Assembly: GCA_003565735.1 (NCBI GenBank)
Contig: PXBB01000002.1
Span: 4,477 to 68,476, forward strand
From: Bacteroidales bacterium
GTDB taxonomy: Bacteria; Bacteroidota; Bacteroidia; Bacteroidales; PXBB01
Length of the DNA: 64,000 nucleotides
Direction of reading: 5' to 3'
Shown: positions 1 to 10,697 of the stretch, one piece after another
How positions within the stretch are numbered: the first letter of the stretch is position 1
Layout of the letters: each line of letters opens with the position of its first letter
Position numbers and translations under genes: made by a program
The notes under the pieces: generated by a model
What the model saw: the letters and a program-made list of their open reading frames with translations, nothing else
What the model was told of the DNA's origin: nothing
Databases searched by the model: none

Positions 1-2
1 TG

Positions 3-2927
3 TGGTCAACCAGTGGTACAGGAACATTTGATGACCCAACTGTTCTAAACCCTGTTTACACGCCAAGTGCAGTTGACTCTTTTGCTGGTAGCGTCACGCT
101 TACCCTAACAGCATCAACACATGCATCATGTGCCAATGCTGTTGATAACATTAATCTATCATTTGTTAACAGTGTGGTAGCTGATGCCGGTCCAGACCAA
201 ACAGTTTATTCACAGTCGTCAGTAACCATGAGCGCCAATAATCCTGCACCGGGAACAGGTCAGTGGGTTATGATAAATGGGCCAAATACGCCTTATATCG
301 TTGATCCAACAGATCCTAACACCGAAATAACGGGCTTAACTTCTGGTACTTATATATTCCAATGGCATATTAATAATGCTCCTTGCCCAAATACCTGGGA
401 TGAGATTGTTATAACTAATATTTCATCAGCTGACCTAGCAATTGTTAAGACTGTTAGCGATACGAATCCTGTTGCAGGTACACAAATCAATTACACTATC
501 AGTGTAACTAATAACGGACCTTCAGCAGCTCAGGATGTAGTAGTTACAGACTTAATCCCAACAGGCTTAACATTAGTCAATGTTACACCTAGTATGGGCT
601 CATGGACGAACCCATTATGGTCAATCGGAACTTTATACGATGGTCAAACTGCCACACTGCAAATGCTTGTTGATGTTAACAGTACGCTGGCTCAAGGCAC
701 TTTTATTAATAACGTAGCTTCTGTAAGCAGTACAACAAACGATCCTGATACTCTAAACAATGTTGACTCAGTAGGAATTACAGTTAATACTATAGCTGAC
801 CTTAGCATTACCAAAGTTGCCCATAATGATTCTGTTGAAGCAGGTAACAATGTTATCTACAATATAAGCTTAACCAACAATGGGCCATCAATGGCAACTA
901 ATGTTGAGGTAACAGATGTAATCCCTGCCGGATTAACACTTATTAGTGCTACTCCAAATATTGGCTCATGGACTAGCCCAATCTGGAGTATAGGTAATGT
1001 CAATGCGGGTTCTACTTATACCATGACTTTAGTCGCTCAAATTGACCCATCATTAAGCAGTGGAACATCTATTGACAATATTGTTACAGTGACATCATCA
1101 ACAACGGATCCCGATTTAACAAACAATGTTGACACTTCATCTATTACAGTTGTTACCTCAGCAGACCTGGCTATTTCCAAAGTTTCTTCTGCAAACCCTG
1201 TTTTAGCGGGAGACACACTTACCTATACCATAACTGTTATCAACAAGGGTTATAGTAATGCTGACAATGTTGTAGTTACTGACACCTTACCGAGTAATCT
1301 CATTTTTATTAGTGCGACAACCAGTACCGGTACGTGGACTGCCCCCGATTGGAACATTGGAACCCTCAATAGTGGTGATACTGTAGAATTGACAATATTA
1401 ACCTATGTTCACCCTAATACAGCCAATGGGGCTACAATAATCAATACGGCAACTGTTAGCAGCTCAACATTTGACCCAGATTTATCAAATAATACGGATA
1501 CTGAGTTGACCTTTGTCAATGCATTTGCAGATATAGCAATCACTAAAACTTCAAACATTGATACTGTGGCAGCAGGAGAAGATGTTGTTTTCAACATCAC
1601 TGTTATAAATAATGGCATAAGTAATGCTCATAATGTTGTAGTTACAGAAATGTTACCTGCAAATATGACACTTATAAGTGCAGTACCTTCTGCAGGCACT
1701 TGGTCAAACCCCTTATGGACCATAGGCACATTAGCTGTTGGAGTACAGGAAACACTTACTGTAACTGCTCAGGTAAATTCCAATGTTAATGACGGTGATA
1801 CCATTACTAACACGGTCATTGTGAATAGCACAACACACGATCCTGATACAACAAACAATACAGCTTATTGCGACATTTACATTATTACTGTAGCAGATGT
1901 TCGCCTTGATAAATCAAGTGATATGCATATGTACTACCCGGGCGACACAGTAACATATACAATTAATGTTACTAACGACGGATACTCTGATGCTCAGAAT
2001 GTTATTGTTACAGACGTCCTGCCTACAGGATTATCCTATGTCAATGGAGTCGTTACAGTTGGTACATGGAGTTATCCAACCTGGCAAGTTGGTACAATGA
2101 CTCCTGGTCAAACTGAAACATTAACACTCAGGGCTGTTATTGACAGTAACTTATTAGGTGGCACCGAAATCATTAATATTGCATCTGCAATATCTGACAC
2201 TTATGACCCGGATACTTTAAATAATATTAATGAGGATGAGGATGCATTGATAACAATTGCATACGCAGACCTTGCCATAACCAAAACAAGTGATGCAGCC
2301 GAAGTAATGGCCGGCAGAAACCTTTCTTATACAATTACTGTTCAAAACTTAGGACCAGTAACATCGTACGATTTAATCATAACTGATTCCTTACCACAAG
2401 AACTCAACTTTATATCAGCCAGTCATAATGGTGTTTATGATGAAGTCAGTCACATTGTTACATGGACATTAGATTCCTTAAGTGTTCAGGAGATAATATC
2501 ATTTATATTACGTGTTAACCTGGACAGAAGTACGGTGGGAGGTACAATTGTTGAAAATGTTGTTAATGTCAAAAGCTTCACATATGATATTGACTTATCT
2601 AACAACACTACCCAGGAATTTATAACAGTTGAGTCTCTCTTACTACCATTCATACCTCAAGGGTTCTCTCCAAATGGCGACGGCATCAATGACTATTTTG
2701 TTATCAGAGGCCTAGAAAGGTTCCCTAATCATTCATTGTTAATATTCAATCGTTGGGGCAATAAAGTTTATGAAGCAGCTCCTTATAATAATGATTGGGA
2801 TGGCACCAACATGTTTGGAGTTACTGTGGGAGGTAATGAACTTCCTGTAGGAACTTATTTCTACATCTTCGATACAGGTGTTGAAGGACAAGATGTTATT
2901 AAAGGTTACATCTACCTTAACAGATAA
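3..2927 (+). CDS. Large secreted surface protein with six DUF11 Ig-like repeats and a T9SS type B (gliding motility-associated) C-terminal domain; 5' end lies outside the window
   Basis: The frame of ORF 174..2927 is open back to nt 3 (WSTSGTGTFDDPT...). Repeats ADLxIxK...YTIxVxNxG...VTDxxP...DPDxxNN. C-terminus IPQGFSPNGDGINDYF...IFNRWG...W.G...GTYFY...KGYIYLNR is a typical type B CTD. Confidence 0.92.
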   Translation, partial: WSTSGTGTFDDPTVLNPVYTPSAVDSFAGSVTLTLTASTHASCANAVDNINLSFVNSVVADAGPDQTVYSQSSVTMSANNPAPGTGQWVMINGPNTPYIVDPTDPNTEITGLTSGTYIFQWHINNAPCPNTWDEIVITNISSADLAIVKTVSDTNPVAGTQINYTISVTNNGPSAAQDVVVTDLIPTGLTLVNVTPSMGSWTNPLWSIGTLYDGQTATLQMLVDVNSTLAQGTFINNVASVSSTTNDPDTLNNVDSVGITVNTIADLSITKVAHNDSVEAGNNVIYNISLTNNGPSMATNVEVTDVIPAGLTLISATPNIGSWTSPIWSIGNVNAGSTYTMTLVAQIDPSLSSGTSIDNIVTVTSSTTDPDLTNNVDTSSITVVTSADLAISKVSSANPVLAGDTLTYTITVINKGYSNADNVVVTDTLPSNLIFISATTSTGTWTAPDWNIGTLNSGDTVELTILTYVHPNTANGATIINTATVSSSTFDPDLSNNTDTELTFVNAFADIAITKTSNIDTVAAGEDVVFNITVINNGISNAHNVVVTEMLPANMTLISAVPSAGTWSNPLWTIGTLAVGVQETLTVTAQVNSNVNDGDTITNTVIVNSTTHDPDTTNNTAYCDIYIITVADVRLDKSSDMHMYYPGDTVTYTINVTNDGYSDAQNVIVTDVLPTGLSYVNGVVTVGTWSYPTWQVGTMTPGQTETLTLRAVIDSNLLGGTEIINIASAISDTYDPDTLNNINEDEDALITIAYADLAITKTSDAAEVMAGRNLSYTITVQNLGPVTSYDLIITDSLPQELNFISASHNGVYDEVSHIVTWTLDSLSVQEIISFILRVNLDRSTVGGTIVENVVNVKSFTYDIDLSNNTTQEFITVESLLLPFIPQGFSPNGDGINDYFVIRGLERFPNHSLLIFNRWGNKVYEAAPYNNDWDGTNMFGVTVGGNELPVGTYFYIFDTGVEGQDVIKGYIYLNR
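429..2630 (+). repeat. Six tandem ~122-aa DUF11 domain repeats within the CDS
   Basis: ADL/ADI/ADV motifs begin at 429, 795, 1161, 1527, 1893 and 2265 (period 366 bp, last 372 bp). Repeats are divergent at DNA level. Confidence 0.9.
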
Positions 2928-2934
2928 AATTAGA

Positions 2935-2977
2935 GTTGTTTGCTTGCGAAATTTTTTTCGCAGGCAAACAGCTTTTT
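2935..2977 (+). terminator. Stem-loop with U-tract between the cargo gene and porP/sprF (terminator or attenuator)
   Basis: GTTGTTTGCTTGCGAAA-loop-TTTCGCAGGCAAACAGC-TTTTT. Confidence 0.6.
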
Positions 2978-3015
2978 AAAAACTAAATAAAATGAAAACA
3001 TTAAACCTTAAACAT

Positions 3016-3942
3016 ATGAAAAAGTTATTTTTTCTTTTAGGAATTATCATTAGTACATGTGCATACGCCCAGCAGGATGCTATGTTTACGCATTATATGT
3101 ACAATACATTATCTGTTAATCCAGCTTATGCAGGAAGTAGAGATGCCTTGACAATAACAGGCTTATACAGAAATCAATGGGTGGGTTTTGACGGTGCACC
3201 AGTGACGCAAACCGTTACTGTTCACTCACCTGTTGGAGCAAGCCAGGTGGGATTAGGTCTTTCCTTAATACAGGATAAAATTGGACCTACGAAAAACACA
3301 TCAGTATATGCTGATTTTTCTTTTACTGTAAAGCTCAGCCAAAAAAGTAATCTGACATTTGGGTTGAAAGGAGGATTCAGCTTCTTTAGTGCTGATTTGC
3401 CGTCACTACTCTTAGATGAACAAAATGATCCCAGTTTCTCACAAGCTATTGATAATAGATTGATGCCAAACTTTGGAACTGGAATTTATTACAGCAGGGA
3501 GCGCTTTTATGCCGGAATTTCCACTCCTAAACTGTTAGAAAATGAATATTATGATGGAACAACCATAGTTGGTATAACAAACGCTAAGGAACAAGGTCAT
3601 TACTTCTTTATTATGGGATCGGCTATAAGACTTACGCCCATTATAGATTTTAAACCACAAACATTGGTAAAAATGACTGTTGGTGCTCCGATTGAAGTTG
3701 ACATTTCCGGTATATTTGATTTTAACCGCAGATTATTAGCCGGCGGTATGTACCGAACCGGTGACGCGTTTGGTGTTCTTCTAGGTGTATACATTTCCAA
3801 ACAAATGGTTTTAGGCTATTCATTCGATTTTTCAACAACAAACACAACCATGAGATACAATCAGGGAAGCCACGAATTAATGCTTAGATACGACTTTATA
3901 TATGGCAACAGGCACAGAATTAAATCACCAAGGTATTTCTAA
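3016..3942 (+). CDS. T9SS outer membrane protein, PorP/SprF family
   Basis: Signal peptide then AQQDAMFTHYMYNTLSVNPAYAG...YRNQWVGFDGAP; GSHELMLRY; C-terminal SPRYF. Follows a type B CTD gene. Start at 3016 (MKKLFF) preferred over 2992. Confidence 0.93.
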   Translation: MKKLFFLLGIIISTCAYAQQDAMFTHYMYNTLSVNPAYAGSRDALTITGLYRNQWVGFDGAPVTQTVTVHSPVGASQVGLGLSLIQDKIGPTKNTSVYADFSFTVKLSQKSNLTFGLKGGFSFFSADLPSLLLDEQNDPSFSQAIDNRLMPNFGTGIYYSRERFYAGISTPKLLENEYYDGTTIVGITNAKEQGHYFFIMGSAIRLTPIIDFKPQTLVKMTVGAPIEVDISGIFDFNRRLLAGGMYRTGDAFGVLLGVYISKQMVLGYSFDFSTTNTTMRYNQGSHELMLRYDFIYGNRHRIKSPRYF

Positions 3943-3977
3943 GAAAACAGCATATTATTTATCCAAAAATATACAAA

Positions 3978-6170
3978 ATGAAAACTATTAAAATCATAAG
4001 CCTTTTTGCATTAATGTTTATTGGTTTTTTTGCCTACCCACAACAAAGACTAATTGAAAAAGGCAATAAAGAGTATTTTCGGTTTAACTATAAAGAAGCT
4101 ATAAGGCTTTTTGAAGCAGTAAGCGAAAAAGATATTAAGGTTCAACGTATTCTGGCTGACTGCTATATGAAAACTGAAGAATTTGAAAATGCCAAGGTGC
4201 TCTATTCAAGAATAATTAAAAACCCAAAAAGAACTTTTGAAGATGTTTGGCATTTATTTCAGGCACATTTAATTCTTGAAAATTATAGTGAAGCGATGCA
4301 ACTGCTTGATTTGCTATACGAACTGAACCCCGAAGACTCAAGAGTTAATGCTTACAAGAGGGATACAACCTACTACAAGAGGTTGAAAAACGATGACCCT
4401 GCATTTGAAATCAGAAATCTTAAAATGAATGATGAGCACCAGGATTTTGCACCTGTACTATTCAGAGGTAATCTTTTATTCACCTCTTCAAAAAACAGAT
4501 ATGGTTTAATTAGAAGAATTTGGTATGGAAATCATTTACCATTTTTAAACGTATTGCGTGCTGAAATAGACTATGATAATGAGCTTATCAAAATAAGAAA
4601 TTTTGATAAAAAATATAACAAAAAATTTCATGACGGCCCTATTAGTTTTAATAGTGAGGGCACCTTGATGGTGTTAACCCGCAGCAATTATGATAAAAGA
4701 AGTGCTGACGGCACCAGGCATTTGCAAATTTTCACAAGTGAATTTGTAGATGGAAAATGGACGCCTCTGGTTTCGTTTCCTTATAATAATCCCGAATATT
4801 CAGTAGGTCAGGCATCACTTACACCTGATGGGAAATATATGTATTTTGTTTCCGATATGCCAGGCGGGATAGGCGGCACAGATATTTATAAAATAGAAAG
4901 AAGAAAAGACGGCACATGGGGAGATCTCATCAATCTCGAAGAAATTAATACCGAAGGAAATGAGATGTTTCCATACTATCACCCAAGCGGGCTTTTGTTT
5001 TTTTCTTCAGATGGTCATCCCGGACTTGGCGGACTAGACTTATTCGTTACACCAGTTTTCAATAATGGACTTGTCAGCATTACCAACCTGGGTGCACCTA
5101 TCAACTCATCAAGAGACGATTTTGCTTTTGCACTTGAAGATGACCTTGAAAAAGGATATTTCACATCTAATAGAGCAGATGGTAAAGGTAGTGATGATAT
5201 TTATTTTGCCAATGCCCTAAGGCCATTAAATCTTGTAAAAATTTTACGAGGAGTTACTAAAGACAAAAATGACAGTATTATTGCTAATGCTAATGTCAAC
5301 CTTTATTTTGATGATGTTGTTGTTGACAGTATTTTATCAGATTCTTTGGGTCGTTATGAATTCCCTATTGACAAAACAGGTATCTATTATCTTACGGGAA
5401 CAAAAGAAGGTTATTTTGATGGTGATAATTCAGCGGATTCTGATGTCCCCGAGCATGTCATATATGCTGATTTAATCCTCGACAAAATCCCTGTCTTTGC
5501 TTTAGAAATAATAGTAACTGACAGGTATTCGGAAAGGCCACTTAATAATGTTAAAATATCTTTCACAGATAATAATACAAATCAAGAAGAAATACTTTAT
5601 ACGGATGCTAATGGCATTTTCCGTAGAAATCTTGATGAAATTTCCTTCGGAGATACTTTGAACTACAGTCTGAGATTTGAAAAAAACAGGTATTTTACCG
5701 CTTATTCTGATTATTTTAAAATTGTTGACAGAGAAGGTATTTTTAAAATTCCTGAAAAACTTGTTGCATATAGTGACCTTAAAGTTGGTGATGATTTGGC
5801 AAAAGTATTCAATATCAACCCCATTTATTTCGATTTGGATAAATACAACATACGTCCGGACGCTGCTATTGAACTTGACAAAATAGTTGAAATCATGAAT
5901 CAATACCCAAGCATGGTCATTGAGCTGGGCTCTCATACTGACTGTCGAGCCAGTTTTGAATACAACATGAGGTTATCTGAAAGACGTGCCAGATCTTCAG
6001 CTGCATACATAAAAGAACGCATAACCAATCCTGACAGGATATATGGTAGAGGTTACGGAGAATCGCGACTTGTTAATGAATGTGCATGCGAAGGTAATTT
6101 TGTAGTGCCTTGTACCGAGGAACAACATCAAATGAATAGAAGAACAGAATTTAGGATTATTAGATTTTAA
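3978..6170 (+). CDS. PorE-like protein: TPR, PD40 beta-propeller, carboxypeptidase-regulatory-like and OmpA C-terminal peptidoglycan-binding domains
   Basis: YFVSDMPGGIGGTDIY, FSSDGHPGLGGLDLF and NLGAPINSSRDDF PD40 repeats. OmpA motifs IYFDLDK, GSHTD, LSERRA, GYGES, NRRTEF. Confidence 0.9.
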   Translation: MKTIKIISLFALMFIGFFAYPQQRLIEKGNKEYFRFNYKEAIRLFEAVSEKDIKVQRILADCYMKTEEFENAKVLYSRIIKNPKRTFEDVWHLFQAHLILENYSEAMQLLDLLYELNPEDSRVNAYKRDTTYYKRLKNDDPAFEIRNLKMNDEHQDFAPVLFRGNLLFTSSKNRYGLIRRIWYGNHLPFLNVLRAEIDYDNELIKIRNFDKKYNKKFHDGPISFNSEGTLMVLTRSNYDKRSADGTRHLQIFTSEFVDGKWTPLVSFPYNNPEYSVGQASLTPDGKYMYFVSDMPGGIGGTDIYKIERRKDGTWGDLINLEEINTEGNEMFPYYHPSGLLFFSSDGHPGLGGLDLFVTPVFNNGLVSITNLGAPINSSRDDFAFALEDDLEKGYFTSNRADGKGSDDIYFANALRPLNLVKILRGVTKDKNDSIIANANVNLYFDDVVVDSILSDSLGRYEFPIDKTGIYYLTGTKEGYFDGDNSADSDVPEHVIYADLILDKIPVFALEIIVTDRYSERPLNNVKISFTDNNTNQEEILYTDANGIFRRNLDEISFGDTLNYSLRFEKNRYFTAYSDYFKIVDREGIFKIPEKLVAYSDLKVGDDLAKVFNINPIYFDLDKYNIRPDAAIELDKIVEIMNQYPSMVIELGSHTDCRASFEYNMRLSERRARSSAAYIKERITNPDRIYGRGYGESRLVNECACEGNFVVPCTEEQHQMNRRTEFRIIRF

Positions 6171-6262
6171 CTGTATCGCTTTTCGTTAACTAACAACAGC
6201 CGATGTAAAGCTATAGATAATGTGATAATGTTAGTTAAGCTATGGTCTTCGCTGTGCCTTTT

Positions 6263-7585
6263 TTACTCATACCTTAAAGAACTTACAGGGTCTTTTTGGG
6301 CAGCCTTTTTGGCAGGAGTAAACCCGAATATGATGCCAATACTGACTGAAACACCAAAAGCAATCAAAATTGAAATGGGCGCCACTATGGTAAGAATGCC
6401 TGTAAAACTTGTGATAAGCTTAGAAAGAACAACACCCGCTATGATACCTATCACCCCGCCACTTACACTAATAAAAGTAGCTTCCGATAGAAATTGAAAT
6501 ATGATATCCTTTTTGGTAGCACCTATGGCAAGTCTTATTCCGATTTCTTTAGTACGTTCCATCACAGAAGCCAGCATAATATTCATAATTCCTATACCGC
6601 CAACTATTAATGATATGCTGGCAATGGCCCCCAGCACAATATTGAAAATATCTTTGGTGCGTTGTTCTTGTTTTAGCAACAATTGAGGAATAACAATATG
6701 AAAATCTTCTGTTTGATGATGCCTTCGGTAAAGCATACGCTGAATTATCTCAGAGGTTTCCGGCAGTTGTTCCGAAGATGCAACCTGCACCACAATTTTA
6801 TCTAACTGATTCATGTTTCTGGGTCTGCTTTCATCATTATTGCCCTGCTGTTGTCTGTTCAGATTAGCAGAAGTGACCAATGAGCGATCTCTGAAACGTC
6901 TTAGCAATGTTTGTACAGGAGCGTAAACAGTATTGTTAAAAACGTTGATATGGAAATCTTCAGAGACCATTTCCGACACTGTTCTGTCTTCAATAACACC
7001 AATAACTTTGAGCCATACCTGACCACATTTAATATACTGGCCAATGGGATTGGTGTCTCCAAAAAAAGCCGTTCTGATACTTTGACCAATAATGCAAACG
7101 GGTTCACCATGATTAATCTGATGTTCATTAAACATAAAACCTTCGCGCAACGATAAGTTGTAAACATCAAAATAGGCGGGAATAACCCCGACAAGATCGG
7201 CACGTCTTCTGATACCTTCTCTGATAAGATGCGTGTTAAACACTATTTCAGGGCTAACAGCCTGTACGTTTGGAATAAGGTCTTCTATACTTTGTGCATC
7301 AGCAAGAGTAAGCCCTGGCGAATGCGTTTGCGAAAGACCCGGGATAGCTTCTTCGTGAAACTCTTCATCTTTTTGAATAACAGGCGTGATAACAATATTA
7401 TTGACCCCTACCTGTTTCATCTGCTCAAGTATTTCCTGTCGTGCACCATTTCCAATAGCGAGCATTGAAATCACGGCTGCGACCCCAAATATGATACCCA
7501 ATGCCGTAAGTATTGACCGGAATTTATTAACAATAACGGCTTCTATGGCAATACCAAAATTATGAATATAGCGCCTATGTATCAT
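6263..7585 (-). CDS. MacB/FtsX-family ABC transporter permease (no fused ATPase)
   Basis: RSILTALGIIFGVAAVI; GGIGIMNIMLASVMERTKEIGIRLAIGA; PAKKAA..DP..SLRYE. Confidence 0.92.
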   Translation of the reverse strand: MIHRRYIHNFGIAIEAVIVNKFRSILTALGIIFGVAAVISMLAIGNGARQEILEQMKQVGVNNIVITPVIQKDEEFHEEAIPGLSQTHSPGLTLADAQSIEDLIPNVQAVSPEIVFNTHLIREGIRRRADLVGVIPAYFDVYNLSLREGFMFNEHQINHGEPVCIIGQSIRTAFFGDTNPIGQYIKCGQVWLKVIGVIEDRTVSEMVSEDFHINVFNNTVYAPVQTLLRRFRDRSLVTSANLNRQQQGNNDESRPRNMNQLDKIVVQVASSEQLPETSEIIQRMLYRRHHQTEDFHIVIPQLLLKQEQRTKDIFNIVLGAIASISLIVGGIGIMNIMLASVMERTKEIGIRLAIGATKKDIIFQFLSEATFISVSGGVIGIIAGVVLSKLITSFTGILTIVAPISILIAFGVSVSIGIIFGFTPAKKAAQKDPVSSLRYE

Positions 7586-7605
7586 ATTTTAAAAATTTTC
7601 AGAAA

Positions 7606-8859
7606 TTAGTCAACCATTACAAGTCTTAATTTTTCACTATCTTCCGGAGGATTAAGTAAAACTATGTCACCTTCCTGAAGGCCTTTTTCTACAATGATAT
7701 GGTTTTCATTTCTCTGGGCTGTTCTAATTTCTTGTTTGATGATACCAACGCCCGTCGATTTGTAAGCAAAAACAATAGTGTCTTCAGAAAAAACAGTTTC
7801 GATAGGCACGTATAAAACATCTTCAATTACTGAAGTAAGAATGGCATTTTTAGTAGTCATAGCAGGGCGTAAAATCGAATCAAACTCATTGATTCTTATT
7901 TTTACCTCGAAGACCTTTGAATCAGAATTAGGTCGCTGTTCACCAACATTGGCAACTTCAATTACGCGCCCCGTAAAAACCTTATCAGGGAAGGCATCAA
8001 TACCAACTACAGCAGTTTGGTCCACACTAATTTTACTTATGTCAATTTCATTGACATAGGTTTTAGATATCATAATAGAGAAGTCAGGTAGTGTTGCAAT
8101 GACATTATTCCAGGTACTGATTTGTGACCCCACGGTTATTTTACGTCCATCCCAGTCGCGGCGATAAATGACCATCCCTGCCTGAGGGGCGGTAATAGTA
8201 AACTCATCGAGGACCTTAAGCATCGCATCGAGACGCCGCCTTTGCTGTTCCAATGTAGCCGACACTTCTTGCATATTTGCTTTAGCTTGCTCAAGCCTTA
8301 ATTCATAATTGTTAACAGCCTGCTTATAGGCTCTATGTGCTCTTTCCAAATCGAGTTCAGCCTGTCTGATAGTAGCAGGTGGCTCAAACTGAGATTGTTC
8401 TAACACAATTTTTCTTTCTTCAAGAGCAAACTCAAGATTGCGAAGTTCATCACGGGCATTTCTCAACTCTAAGGTAGTGTCGAGGCGGGTTCTGATAAAT
8501 TGAGTTTCCAGTTTTTCAAGTTCTGTTTGCAGGTCTTTAAGCCTGTTGCTTATTTCAGTACGATCGAGTGCACCAACATAATCACCCGAATCAACAATGG
8601 AACCTTCAGGAACTAAGTCACTGATCTGTACGTTCCAAATACCCACGGTACGCAATCCTGAAGGACCTTGTATATATTCTGAGTTCTTGGCTTCAAGTTC
8701 ACCGGTAGTGACCACTTCAATATAAAAATCACCCCTCTCAACGGCCACACTGATATTTTCTCCTATGCTCTTACGCGTACGCATAAAAACAACGGTGATT
8801 ATTAATATAATGACTATGATAAGGGTAATAATTCTTTTTCTTTTATCTTTTGGTTTCAT
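7606..8859 (-). CDS. Efflux periplasmic adaptor (MacA/HlyD-type membrane fusion protein)
   Basis: N-terminal TM anchor, long coiled coil, ITAPQAGMV, VNEIDISKI, DAFPD..FTGRV, LRPAMT. Confidence 0.88.
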   Translation of the reverse strand: MKPKDKRKRIITLIIVIILIITVVFMRTRKSIGENISVAVERGDFYIEVVTTGELEAKNSEYIQGPSGLRTVGIWNVQISDLVPEGSIVDSGDYVGALDRTEISNRLKDLQTELEKLETQFIRTRLDTTLELRNARDELRNLEFALEERKIVLEQSQFEPPATIRQAELDLERAHRAYKQAVNNYELRLEQAKANMQEVSATLEQQRRRLDAMLKVLDEFTITAPQAGMVIYRRDWDGRKITVGSQISTWNNVIATLPDFSIMISKTYVNEIDISKISVDQTAVVGIDAFPDKVFTGRVIEVANVGEQRPNSDSKVFEVKIRINEFDSILRPAMTTKNAILTSVIEDVLYVPIETVFSEDTIVFAYKSTGVGIIKQEIRTAQRNENHIIVEKGLQEGDIVLLNPPEDSEKLRLVMVD

Positions 8860-8869
8860 TGGTTACTGA

Positions 8870-10663
8870 TTATTTGAAAATATTGGTTTTTGAAATAAAG
8901 AGACGTAAACCCACAAAAGCAAATACGGCGACAGAAAACCACATAGCTGCTTGTCCCCATTCTGCAAAAATAGCCTTACCCGAAAAAAACAACGTGGCGT
9001 ACACCATAATTATTGCTGATAACCACGATAAAATAAGGTAACGCATCTGTGGTTTTTTATATGCTTTTTCTTTAGTAACAAATGGCTTCCATGCGCCTTC
9101 GGGCCGGACACGCTCATAAAAATGCTGTAATGTTTTTTGAGATTCCGGCTTGGTCAGAAAAGTAACTGACAACCATACTATTGTTGTTGTTCCCACAGTA
9201 AAGTAATATGAGAACCTGTTTTCTATGAAAGCTTCCGGCAAAACATGCTCCAGATACAACTTGGCAAAAGCATAAGCTATAAAAGGGAATAAGGTCGCCG
9301 TTATTTCACTCCAGGCATTAATACGCCACCAATACCATCTGAGGATAAGTACCAAACCGAGGCCGGCACCACATTCAATAAGAAAAGCCCACACATCGGA
9401 TATGCGTGTTATACGGGTCGTAACATACAAGGCTAGAAGCATTATCAAGAGCGTAGCAATTCTGCTGGCAGCAACATAATTTTTTTGAGCAGCAGCAGCA
9501 GATTTAAATTTATTTTCAGGTTTTAAAAACCTTTTGTAAAAATCGTTTACCAAAAAGCTGGCACCCCAGTTGAGCTGCGTACTGATGGTGCTCATATATG
9601 CAGCAAAAAAAGCCATAAGCATCAACCCGGTAAGACCGGCAGGTAAAAAATCTTTCATCGCCATAACATAGCCCAGTTTTTTGTCGTCGTCAGAAAGTTC
9701 GGGGTATAATACTATAGCAGCTAACCCTACAACAATCCACGGCCAGGGACGCAAACAATAGTGAGCTATTTGAAAGAAAAGTGTCGCAAAAACAGCATTT
9801 TTTTCATCTTTACAGCTCATCATACGTTGGGCGATATAGCCTCCGCCACCCGGCTCTGCTCCAGGGTACCAACTAGCCCACCATTGTATGCCGACAAAAG
9901 CCAAAAACGCTCCCATTGAAATACTCAAAGTTTGAGCAAGCTCTCCCCCACTCGTTTGTAATGAAATAGAAGGAAAAAAGTTCAATGACCAGGGAGGCAG
10001 TTGCGATTTTAAACCACTTATACCACCAATTTCTGACGAGTTAACGACCAAAAAAGCCAGTATAATACAACCGGTCATGGCTATAACAAACTGTATAACA
10101 TCAGTAACAGCAACCCCCCATAAACCCGACAAAGCCGAATAAGTAACTGTTAAAAGCATAGCGCCGGCAACCACCCATATAAGATAACTGTCGGGCACGC
10201 CAAAAAAAACTTTTACCAATGACATCAATGCAATATTGACCCAGCCAATAATCAAAGCGTTAATAAAAGCACCCATATAAACAGATTTGATGCCTCGCAA
10301 AAGAGCCGCAGCTTTACCACTGTAGCGCAACTCAATAAGTTCCAATTCTGTTATGATATTTGCACGCCGCCAAAATTTTGCAAAAAAGAAAGTCGTCAGC
10401 ATGCCCCCTATAAGCATGTTCCACCACAGCCAATTGGCAGAGATACCATTTTGCGCTACCAGTTCCGTTACCGCCAATGGTGTATCTGCCGCAAAAGTGG
10501 TAGCTACCATGGAGATACCGGCTATGTACCAGGGAAGATTACGACCGGTAAGAAAAAAATCAGTAATGCTGCGCCCTGCACGCTTTCTGTAGTAAAAACC
10601 AATTGCCAAAAATACAATCAGAAAAAAAATAATGATAAGCCAGTCAATAATTGCAAGGTGCAT
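8870..10663 (-). CDS. Sodium:solute symporter (SSS) family transporter
   Basis: DFFLTGRNLPWY..GISMVATTFAADTP; GLWGVAVTDVIQF; AAYMST; about 14 hydrophobic segments. Confidence 0.9.
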   Translation of the reverse strand: MHLAIIDWLIIIFFLIVFLAIGFYYRKRAGRSITDFFLTGRNLPWYIAGISMVATTFAADTPLAVTELVAQNGISANWLWWNMLIGGMLTTFFFAKFWRRANIITELELIELRYSGKAAALLRGIKSVYMGAFINALIIGWVNIALMSLVKVFFGVPDSYLIWVVAGAMLLTVTYSALSGLWGVAVTDVIQFVIAMTGCIILAFLVVNSSEIGGISGLKSQLPPWSLNFFPSISLQTSGGELAQTLSISMGAFLAFVGIQWWASWYPGAEPGGGGYIAQRMMSCKDEKNAVFATLFFQIAHYCLRPWPWIVVGLAAIVLYPELSDDDKKLGYVMAMKDFLPAGLTGLMLMAFFAAYMSTISTQLNWGASFLVNDFYKRFLKPENKFKSAAAAQKNYVAASRIATLLIMLLALYVTTRITRISDVWAFLIECGAGLGLVLILRWYWWRINAWSEITATLFPFIAYAFAKLYLEHVLPEAFIENRFSYYFTVGTTTIVWLSVTFLTKPESQKTLQHFYERVRPEGAWKPFVTKEKAYKKPQMRYLILSWLSAIIMVYATLFFSGKAIFAEWGQAAMWFSVAVFAFVGLRLFISKTNIFK

Positions 10664-10689
10664 CAGAATTTCCGTTTTTTTTATTAACG

Positions 10690-10697
10690 CAAAATTA
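10690..10697 (-). promoter_or_regulatory. Bacteroidota -7 promoter element for the SSS-MFP-permease operon
   Basis: TAATTTTG on the minus strand (consensus TAnnTTTG), 26 nt upstream of the ATG. Confidence 0.5.

Noticed and set aside
429-2630. 366-bp periodicity as a CRISPR array or DNA tandem repeat
   Set aside because: The repeats are protein-domain repeats, divergent at DNA level and without spacers
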